DNA from: an uncultured bacterium
GTDB taxonomy: Bacteria; Zixibacteria; MSB-5A5; GN15; FEB-12
Reading direction: 5' to 3'
Assembly: GCA_965603125.1 (NCBI GenBank)
Contig: CBFDBU010000001.1
Coordinates: 118,588 to 182,587 of the forward strand
DNA length: 64,000 nucleotides
The notes below the pieces were generated by a model, which did no database searches, had not been told where the DNA came from, and saw only the letters and a program-made list of their open reading frames with translations. This document shows, piece after piece, positions 56,591 to 63,179 of the stretch. Made by a program: the position numbers and the translations under genes. The stretch's first letter is position 1, and each line of letters begins with the position of its first letter.

Positions 56591-56730
56591 GTAGGTCGAG
56601 ACCCCTGCGGTCTCGACAGATTCAGGTGTCAGAACCACAGGGGTTCTGACCTACAGGACTTCGTCAGGACCACAACGGTCCTGACCTGCTTATAGGACTT
56701 TCATCAGGACTGCAACGGTTCTGACCTGCG
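56591..56730. repeat. Cluster of four REP-like palindromic elements (BIME-like), family 1
   Basis: The four elements are GTAG-GTCGAGACC-cctgc-GGTCTCGAC (56591-56617), GTCAGAACC-acagg-GGTTCTGAC-CTAC (56628-56654, inverted), GTCAGGACC-acaac-GGTCCTGAC-CTGC (56663-56688), and ATCAGGAC-tgcaac-GGTTCTGAC-CTGC (56703-56728). Confidence 0.8.
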
Positions 56731-56840
56731 TGGAAGTATTCCTGACGTGAAGGCTCGCGTCTCTTATGAACCATCCGGCTCCAGCGTTACCTTCTTGAGA
56801 ACCTTTACGCGCTCAAGGCAACTCGTGTAGACACTCTCGG

Positions 56841-56909
56841 CTAAGAAACAACGGCGACCGACATAACCACCATAGCCGAAATCAGCACATAAACTGCCAC
56901 GCGTTTCAT
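56841..56909 (-). CDS. Candidate 22-aa hydrophobic micro-ORF
   Basis: Minus strand reads AGGAGcATG, then MKRVAVYVLISAMVVMSVAVVS-stop. It is not in the supplied ORF track because it is too short. The only support is the Shine-Dalgarno sequence and hydrophobicity. Confidence 0.25.
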   Translation of the reverse strand: MKRVAVYVLISAMVVMSVAVVS

Positions 56910-56977
56910 GCTCCTAAAGATCGGTCGGCGACTACCGTGCCTTCACTGCTGCAACCGGGAAAAAGCCACCGCTGACC

Positions 56978-57006
56978 TTGTTTTTGAGTCGGTAAAGCCG
57001 TATAAT
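56978..57006 (+). promoter_or_regulatory. Candidate promoter of the HMGCS-thiolase-DUF35 operon
   Basis: TTGTTT (56978-56983), a 17-nt spacer, then a perfect TATAAT (57001-57006), about 78 nt upstream of ATG 57084. Confidence 0.4.
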
Positions 57007-57083
57007 TTCAGATTGTAGAAGCTGCTGCATGAATAGCAGGAAACGCTGTTGAACGAGTAACCATAGATCTGAAGAGGTTTCGC

Positions 57084-58133
57084 ATGGCAGGAATTGTCGG
57101 TTACGGCGCCCATCTTCCCCGGCACCGCATCAAGGTTGAGGAGATTGCCAAGGTGTGGGGAGCGGACGCGCCCAGTTACAAAAAAGGTCTGATGCTCCGG
57201 GAGAAATCGGTCCCGCCGCCGGACATGGACACCATCACGCTGTCGGTAGAGGCGGCCAGGAGGGCCCTGATCCGGGCGCAGACGGTCGACCCTAAAGATA
57301 TTGGCGCTATTTACATCGGCTCTGAGTCACACCCTTACGCGGTGAAGCCATCCGGCACGACCGTAGCCGAGGCTATCGGCGCCACTCCGGACATCCATTG
57401 CGCCGATTTCGAGTTCGCCTGCAAGGCGGGATCGGAAGCGATGTTCGTAGCCCTGAGCCACGTCGACGCCGATCACATGAAGTATGCTCTTGGAATCGCC
57501 GCCGACACGTCGCAGGGTGCACCCTCCGACGCGCTGGAGTTTTCCGCAGCGGCTGGTGCGGGGGCGTTCATCATGGGCAAGAAGAACATGATTGCCGAAT
57601 GCTTGTTCACGCATTCCTATATGACCGATATGCCGGACTTCTGGCGGCGCGAACACGAATTCTATCCGCAACACGGCGGCCGGTTCACCGGCGAAGAAGC
57701 GTACTTCGCCACCACTAAGGGAGCGTCGGTCGCCCTGCTGAAGAAATCCGGTATGAAGCCGAAAGACTTCAAGTACGCCGTCTTTCATCAGCCCAATGGT
57801 AAGTTTCCGCAGCGGGTGGCAAAGGAACTGGGGTTCACGCAGAAGCAAATCGATCCGGGTTGGCTGGCCCCGAGACTGGGCAACACGTATTCGGGAGCAT
57901 CGCCGATTGGCCTGACGGCCACGCTCGACGTTTCCCAACCGGGCGATCTGCTTTTCATGTGCTCCTATGGTTCCGGAGCCGGTTCGGACGCCTTTGTCTG
58001 GAAAGTGACCGACCGCATCAACGAGGTGCGCGATCTGACCGTGCGCACTCATAAACTGCTTGATGAGAACCTGATCTACGTTGACTACGGCACGTATGCC
58101 AAGTTCCGCCGCAAAATCAAAAAGAACGACTAA
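57084..58133 (+). CDS. Hydroxymethylglutaryl-CoA synthase, archaeal type
   Basis: 349 aa. MAGIVGYGAHLPRHRIKVEEIAKVWG and IGAIYIGSESHPYAVKP match the archaeal-type HMGCS (UPF0219) N-terminus. Confidence 0.8.
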   Translation: MAGIVGYGAHLPRHRIKVEEIAKVWGADAPSYKKGLMLREKSVPPPDMDTITLSVEAARRALIRAQTVDPKDIGAIYIGSESHPYAVKPSGTTVAEAIGATPDIHCADFEFACKAGSEAMFVALSHVDADHMKYALGIAADTSQGAPSDALEFSAAAGAGAFIMGKKNMIAECLFTHSYMTDMPDFWRREHEFYPQHGGRFTGEEAYFATTKGASVALLKKSGMKPKDFKYAVFHQPNGKFPQRVAKELGFTQKQIDPGWLAPRLGNTYSGASPIGLTATLDVSQPGDLLFMCSYGSGAGSDAFVWKVTDRINEVRDLTVRTHKLLDENLIYVDYGTYAKFRRKIKKND

Positions 58134-58148
58134 GGAGGTGATTCTACG

Positions 58149-59309
58149 ATGAGAGAAGTTTGTGTAGTCGGTGTTGGCATGAGCAAGTGGGGGGAGGTCT
58201 GGAGACGATCTCTGCGCCAGTTGTTTGTCGATGCCGCCATGGAAGCGATAAAAGACTCCGGCGTGGATCACCTCGATTCTCTATACGTCGGTTGCATGTC
58301 GAGCGGAATGTTCGTTCAGCAAGAGCACGTTGGCGCGCTTTGCGCCGATTACCTGGGCATGGCCGGTCTGCCGGCGACAAGAGTCGAATCCGCCTGCGCC
58401 TCAGGGGGAATTGCCGTTCGCCAGGCGTTCCTGGAGGTCGCCTCGGGCGTTTCGGAGATCGTGCTGGCTGCCGGCGTTGAGAAAATGACCGACTGTTCCG
58501 GCGACGACGCTACCTCCGCCCTGGCGGGAGCGGCCGACCAGGAATACGAGGTCTTCCACGGGGCCACTTTCCCCGGCCTCTACGCCATGATGGCTCACGC
58601 CCACATGGACAAGTATGGCACCACTTCGGAAATGTTAGCGGCGGTTTCGGTCAAGAACCACCACAACGGCGCCATGAACCCGGCGGCGCAGTATCCGTTC
58701 GAGGTCAGCATCGACCGCGTTCTGGGTTCGGTAATGGTAGCTGACCCGCTCCATATTCTGGATTGCTCGCCTATCACGGATGGTGCGGCGGCGGTTATCA
58801 TCACCTCGGAGGAGATCGCCCGCAAGCTTGGCAAACCGTATGTTAAGATCATTGGTTCCGGTCTCGCCACCGACACCATTGCCATCGCCCAGCGCGACGA
58901 TATGACCAGGATCAAGTCGGCGAGCATAGCGCTTGACCAGGCGCTGAAGATGGCCGACAGGAAACTGTCCGACGTGCAGTTCGCCGAAATGCACGACTGT
59001 TTCACGATCGCCGAGATCATCATTATGGAATCGATCGGCCTTTACGAACCCGGCAAAGCCGGACCGGCGGTGCTGGCGGGAGAGACGGCCCTTGACGGCA
59101 AGTTCCCGATCAACACCTCCGGCGGCCTGAAATCCAAGGGTCACCCGGTCGGCGCGACCGGCGTGGCGCAGGTCATCGAAGTCTACAAGCAACTCACCGG
59201 TCGGGCCGAAAACGGCCGCCTGATTCCCGGTTCACCTAAGATCGGTATGACACAGAATATGGGCGGCACCGGGGCCTCCTCAGCGGTGCACATCATGGAG
59301 GTGGCATAA
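58149..59309 (+). CDS. Thiolase (archaeal-type acetoacetyl-CoA thiolase / SCP-x-like)
   Basis: 386 aa. [26 protein letters not shown] (active-site Cys) and the C-terminal [17 protein letters not shown] are present. The RBS is AAGGAGG. Confidence 0.8.
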   Translation: MREVCVVGVGMSKWGEVWRRSLRQLFVDAAMEAIKDSGVDHLDSLYVGCMSSGMFVQQEHVGALCADYLGMAGLPATRVESACASGGIAVRQAFLEVASGVSEIVLAAGVEKMTDCSGDDATSALAGAADQEYEVFHGATFPGLYAMMAHAHMDKYGTTSEMLAAVSVKNHHNGAMNPAAQYPFEVSIDRVLGSVMVADPLHILDCSPITDGAAAVIITSEEIARKLGKPYVKIIGSGLATDTIAIAQRDDMTRIKSASIALDQALKMADRKLSDVQFAEMHDCFTIAEIIIMESIGLYEPGKAGPAVLAGETALDGKFPINTSGGLKSKGHPVGATGVAQVIEVYKQLTGRAENGRLIPGSPKIGMTQNMGGTGASSAVHIMEVA

Positions 59310-59710
59310 TGACAATGTTCAGCTCGCGCAACTGGCGGGAGTACCCCCAGCGCTATCGGCTGGAGGCGTCCCGATTCAAGAAGAGCGGCAAGACCTACTT
59401 CCCGCCCCGGACAGTGGACCCGGAAACGGGCGATACCGAGCATGAGATCGTCCGGCTGCCGGATACCGGCAAGCTGCTCACGTACACTGTCATTCGCGTG
59501 GCCCCTGCGATGTGGAGTGATGAAGGACCCTACGCGCTGGGCGTGGCCGAGATGGCCGACGGGACCCGCGTGATGGCGCAAATAACGGACTGTGATGTCG
59601 AGAAGGTCAGGATCGGGATGGAAGTGCGTGTGGAGTTCCGCCGCATCCAGAGTGAGGGTCACGCGGGCGTCTTGAGCTACGGCTACAAGTTCGTCCCCAG
59701 GTGGTTCTAA
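59309..59710 (+). CDS. DUF35 OB-fold protein (thiolase/HMGCS scaffold subunit), Cys-less zinc-ribbon region
   Basis: 133 aa. The ATG overlaps the thiolase stop codon (TAATG). The OB-fold region is GKLLTYTVIRV...ALGVAEMADGTRVMAQITDCDVEKVRIGMEVRVEF. There is no CxxC pair in the N-terminal region. Confidence 0.7.
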   Translation: MTMFSSRNWREYPQRYRLEASRFKKSGKTYFPPRTVDPETGDTEHEIVRLPDTGKLLTYTVIRVAPAMWSDEGPYALGVAEMADGTRVMAQITDCDVEKVRIGMEVRVEFRRIQSEGHAGVLSYGYKFVPRWF

Positions 59711-59746
59711 CAGGCGACGCCTGTATTTGGCTCCAGTCCCCGGTAG

Positions 59747-59770
59747 GGTGGGTCCGTCTTCGGACCCGCC
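59747..59770 (+). terminator. Hairpin with T-rich tail after the DUF35 gene
   Basis: GGGTCCG-tctt-CGGACCC followed by GCCTTATTT. A smaller hairpin, ACAGG-cgacg-CCTGT plus ATTT, lies at 59710-59727. Confidence 0.4.
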
Positions 59771-59774
59771 TTAT

Positions 59775-59805
59775 TTCGTGGGCGACAGACGGGCTTGTCT
59801 GCCCC
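59775..59805 (+). repeat. REP-like element, family 2
   Basis: TTCGTGGGCGACAGAC-gggctt-GTCTGCCCC. Compare 42236-42269 (inverted) and the head-only copies at 61992-62008 and 62057-62072. Confidence 0.7.
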
Positions 59806-59851
59806 AGGACAGACCATCCCTCTATACATGTCCTTGCCAACACCTCTGTTC

Positions 59852-60484
59852 TTATGGCCGGCGTACGTTTGCAAGTGTTCTAAGGGAATCCGCAATTGAA
59901 GTAGCTTTGCCTTTGATCTTCCTGAGTTCATCTACCATCGCCGGAAGGTCCTTCTCATCAAGAACGAGAAGACCCTTATATACTCCAAGGTCAAGATTAA
60001 AGAGATCTTCATAGGACTTCCCAGTGCCGCCACATTGGTATCGCACCATGACTTTGTAAGACTTTGGAAAATCCCTGTCTGCTAGGTAGCGGCCAATCTG
60101 GTCGACATAAGTTGTTAGTTCTTGCTGAGGCTGTAGAGAAAACTTGGTGAAGCTGTGGGACAGTATGTTGCGAACTTTCTCGCCATCAGTCGCCTGTAGA
60201 TCGGGATCGAATATTACAGAAATGTCCCTTGCCTCTGATCTTCCGCTATTCATCACGACCAATCGAATAATAATGTGACGAACAATTTCGAAGTAAGCTA
60301 CCACATAGGGACGAAACTCTGCTTCTCTGGCAGTCTTCATCTCTGATACGGTGTCTCGGGCTGACTCGGCTGCCTTTCTGGTAGCAGAAGCCATCTCCCA
60401 GGTTTTCCACACATAAATGATTAGTACCACAAGCGTTACTATCTGGATGATTGCAAGCACAAAGTCAATTATCTCCTTATCCAT
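59852..60484 (-). CDS. Single-pass membrane protein, unknown function (AT-rich island gene 3)
   Basis: 210 aa with RBS AGGAGA. The N-terminal TM helix is FVLAIIQIVTLVVLIIYVW. The C-terminal ~170 aa are soluble with no motif I recognise. Confidence 0.6.
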   Translation of the reverse strand: MDKEIIDFVLAIIQIVTLVVLIIYVWKTWEMASATRKAAESARDTVSEMKTAREAEFRPYVVAYFEIVRHIIIRLVVMNSGRSEARDISVIFDPDLQATDGEKVRNILSHSFTKFSLQPQQELTTYVDQIGRYLADRDFPKSYKVMVRYQCGGTGKSYEDLFNLDLGVYKGLLVLDEKDLPAMVDELRKIKGKATSIADSLRTLANVRRP

Positions 60485-60526
60485 ACTCGTCTCCTATTGA
60501 GTCATAATCAAATTCGACACTGAAGC

Positions 60527-61321
60527 CTATTGCTGCATGGCGAGTCGTTCGTTTCGTTGACAGATCAAATCCTTGTCCGGCCATAGAGCTTGGTTCGCTG
60601 GCAAAGAAATCTGCTTTCCGTGAAGCGCAGCGACGAAGGACTGATCTGAGTTAGTCAAGCTCAAAGCATTCTTATTTTCAAAGATGATCCGATACTCTTC
60701 GTCAATCGACAAAACTCCCAAGTCAAATAGACGATGATGGCAGCAGACCATCAAAATTCCGTTCCGTGGATTCATTTTGAGTTCAGGTTTGCACTGTGAC
60801 CAAGGAATTATATGTGCCGCGTCCAGCGTTTCTGTGAAGGAAATGCCGGTGAAAGCGCAGCGGCTCTCGTAGGCGTTCAGAAGTGCCTGCCGAAAGATAG
60901 TCTGTCGGGTCCCACGTACTTTGACCTTTGCATAGACTTCTTCGCTGGCCTCTGGCGAAGTGAGGATGCGGTTCACTAATTCATCAGCGATGGTTCCATC
61001 GGCGGCGTAGGCAAACGGATTAGGCTCTCTGGTCCAATCGTGATTCCTAACTTCTGCCCGACCTTCGACGAGATTGTCATGGCTCCATGCTATGAATCCC
61101 GCACCCGGCTCATTTGTTCGTTTATTGACAACGAGAATAGTCAATGGCGGCCGTTTGTTCTCAAGACAGTAATCTTGGACCAACTTCAGGACGAATTGGA
61201 CGGCACGAGGGTGCGTACCTAAATGCTCTGCGAGTTCCTCGTAAGTGATGATTCGGCCATGCGGAGCAAGGTCGACTAGAATGTCCCAAGCCTTAAATGC
61301 GCGAGCTTCTTGATTAACCAT
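60527..61321 (-). CDS. Winged-helix (MGMT/ATL-like, non-catalytic) - HNH nuclease fusion (island gene 2)
   Basis: 264 aa with RBS GAGGGA. The C-terminal CAFTGISFTETLDAAHIIPWSQCKPELKMNPRNGILMVCCHHRLFDLGVLSIDEEY fits the PF13391-type HNH pattern (C..tG....l.aaHI.P......d..NgllL....H.lFD.g). The N-terminal GRIITYEELAEHLGTHPRAVQFVL...PPLTILVVNKRTNEPGAGF resembles the MGMT DNA-binding wH, with the PCHRV active site replaced by PLTIL. Confidence 0.7.
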   Translation of the reverse strand: MVNQEARAFKAWDILVDLAPHGRIITYEELAEHLGTHPRAVQFVLKLVQDYCLENKRPPLTILVVNKRTNEPGAGFIAWSHDNLVEGRAEVRNHDWTREPNPFAYAADGTIADELVNRILTSPEASEEVYAKVKVRGTRQTIFRQALLNAYESRCAFTGISFTETLDAAHIIPWSQCKPELKMNPRNGILMVCCHHRLFDLGVLSIDEEYRIIFENKNALSLTNSDQSFVAALHGKQISLPANQALWPDKDLICQRNERLAMQQ

Positions 61322-61398
61322 TTGTTGTCCCTCACACTCAATAAACTTGCTTTGAGTTCTACCGATATACCTCGAGTCGCCGTCTACCGCAAGAAAGC

Positions 61399-61893
61399 TT
61401 ACGTCTCAACCACACCAAAATATAGCATCCCGGGTATGTTCTCTCTAAAGCGGAATGGAGTTGCTAACAAATCCGTCAAATGGGACTCAATCCTGTCGAG
61501 TTGGATCTTCCAATTCTTATTGTCTGCGATAATCGGAAAAACAATGAAAACTACGGCTTTGTTACTCACCTTAACATGCTTGAGCTTTTCGATGTCGTCG
61601 ATCACGCCCTTCGTATTTTTGGTTATGGGTCGTGTTTTGTTCTTCACGTTTGGGTATCTGATATTCGTGTTGATGGTCTTCAGTTCCAAAGCCCAATCTC
61701 GGAAACAGATGTCGACTCTATCCTTTTCAGGTGTTACGTCACTGAAGAGCTCGTATAGACTATCCACAAGTTCCACTTTCAGCCACCCCTCGAATTTTGC
61801 TCGCTCCCGCGCAAAAACAGATAATCCCCGATGATTCTCGATCTTGGGAATGATTCCGGCAACAATCAAGTCGTGTAACTGCTTGTAATTCAT
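61399..61893 (-). CDS. Small PD-(D/E)xK-like (restriction-endonuclease-fold) protein (island gene 1)
   Basis: 164 aa. A helix with acidic residues (FEGWLKVELVDSL) is followed by RVDICF...WALELKT (a D...E-x-K arrangement) and a hydrophobic strand AVVFIVFP. The assignment rests on the motif pattern only. Confidence 0.5.
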   Translation of the reverse strand: MNYKQLHDLIVAGIIPKIENHRGLSVFARERAKFEGWLKVELVDSLYELFSDVTPEKDRVDICFRDWALELKTINTNIRYPNVKNKTRPITKNTKGVIDDIEKLKHVKVSNKAVVFIVFPIIADNKNWKIQLDRIESHLTDLLATPFRFRENIPGMLYFGVVET

Positions 61894-61991
61894 GTAACTT
61901 AACTGGTACCGTAAAACCCGATCAAATGCAATCTAAAACTGATTTAGCCCCGTAATAGCACGGGAACCGACAAATCGTCTTTCGATGCATA

Positions 61992-62072
61992 TTCCGTGGG
62001 CGGCAGACCGGCTATGCCGGTTCTTCGCGCGAGGCGCAAAAGACAGGTTTGCCTGATCCGTGGGCGGCAGAC
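61992..62072 (+). repeat. Two head-only copies of the family-2 REP motif (TCCGTGGGCGGCAGAC), 65 bp apart
   Basis: 61992-62008 reads TTCCGTGGGCGGCAGAC and 62057-62072 reads TCCGTGGGCGGCAGAC. They lie between island gene 1 and the cbpA-like stop codon. Confidence 0.7.
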
Positions 62073-62080
62073 ACCTTGAG

Positions 62081-63046
62081 CTACTCGGGCCAATCGTCGA
62101 GCATACGGCGCTGCTGATCGGTGAGCGTCTTCGGAACCGAAACATCGACCCGGACGTAAAGATCACCTTGCGCATCACCGACCGCAAGACCCAGCCCCCT
62201 GAGCCGCAAGACCGTCCTCGGCTGAGTACCGGCAGGGATGTTCACGACCACTGTTCTGGTTAGCGTCTTGACCTGCACCTTGTCGCCCAGGACGGCCTGC
62301 TTGAACGATATCCTGACGCTGGTATGGATATCGTTTCCTTTGCGCTGGAAGTTCTGATCAGGCATAACATGCACCGTTATGATAAGGTCACCGCCGACGC
62401 CCCCAAACGTGTCCGGCCGACCCTGACCGGCCAGGCGGATTTTGCCGCCGTCTTCAATTCCCGCAGGTATCTTCACCGAAAGCGTCCGGCCTGTGTGTGA
62501 GTCCCTTATTTTCCTGGTCGTGCCGAACGCGGCCTCTCTCAGCGAAACCATCAGCGACATGTTGACATGGCGTTTCTTCTGCGGGCGTGTCTGCCGGGCG
62601 CGGCGACCGGTTTTGGTCCGACTGCCGCCGGACGCGAAACCCCCACCGCCGAAAAACGACGCCAGGATATCCTCGAAACCATCCATGCCGTCGATGCCGC
62701 TGGATCGAAAAGTCTGAAAACCGCCGCCCCGGGGACCGCTTCCCTCGCGAAAGAACTGCGAGAAGTCAAAACTACCGTTGCCGAATCCGCCCCCGCCCCG
62801 ACCCGGACCAGCCCCGGCTCCGGAGAATGCGCCATAGCGGCGCAGAGTGTCATATTCGGCCCTTTTCTTCTCGTCCGAAAGAGTATCGTAGGCCTCGGAG
62901 ATTCCCTTGAACTTCTCCTCCGCCGCTTTGTCGCCCTGGTGGCGGTCGGGATGGTACTGCTTGGCCAGCTTACGAAACGCCTTCTTGACCTCCTCAGGTG
63001 AGGCGTTTTCGCTGACTCCTAATACCTGGTAAAAATCCTTACCCAC
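62081..63046 (-). CDS. cbpA: DnaJ-class co-chaperone without a zinc finger (CbpA-like)
   Basis: The J domain is [37 protein letters not shown]-rich linker and the C-terminal DnaJ substrate-binding domains follow. There are no CxxCxGxG repeats. Confidence 0.8.
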   Translation of the reverse strand: MGKDFYQVLGVSENASPEEVKKAFRKLAKQYHPDRHQGDKAAEEKFKGISEAYDTLSDEKKRAEYDTLRRYGAFSGAGAGPGRGGGGFGNGSFDFSQFFREGSGPRGGGFQTFRSSGIDGMDGFEDILASFFGGGGFASGGSRTKTGRRARQTRPQKKRHVNMSLMVSLREAAFGTTRKIRDSHTGRTLSVKIPAGIEDGGKIRLAGQGRPDTFGGVGGDLIITVHVMPDQNFQRKGNDIHTSVRISFKQAVLGDKVQVKTLTRTVVVNIPAGTQPRTVLRLRGLGLAVGDAQGDLYVRVDVSVPKTLTDQQRRMLDDWPE

Positions 63047-63179
63047 TCGCGACCACCTTTGCCGAATAACCGGCGTTCCATATGAAGAACCCGGCGCAAT
63101 CGTCTACCGGGTTCCTCTCTCCTTAGGTACGCTATTTCGGCCGACAGATCAAGCGTTTCAACCTGCCGACAGCCCCTGG

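Noticed and set aside
56591-56730. Possible CRISPR array (regularly spaced palindromic repeats). I also considered 7891-8164.
   Set aside because: The hairpin units differ from one another, change orientation, and are separated by 8-14-nt gaps rather than 25-40-nt unique spacers. At 7891-8164 there are only two long units with no spacers. No cas genes are present in the window.
59775-62072. The CGTGGGCGRCAGAC direct repeats as dedicated att sites of an integrative element.
   Set aside because: The same motif occurs as a full palindromic element at 42236-42269, far from the island, and no integrase is present. It is therefore a dispersed REP-like repeat. I kept it as a finding only in the weaker sense of a recombination or insertion hotspot.
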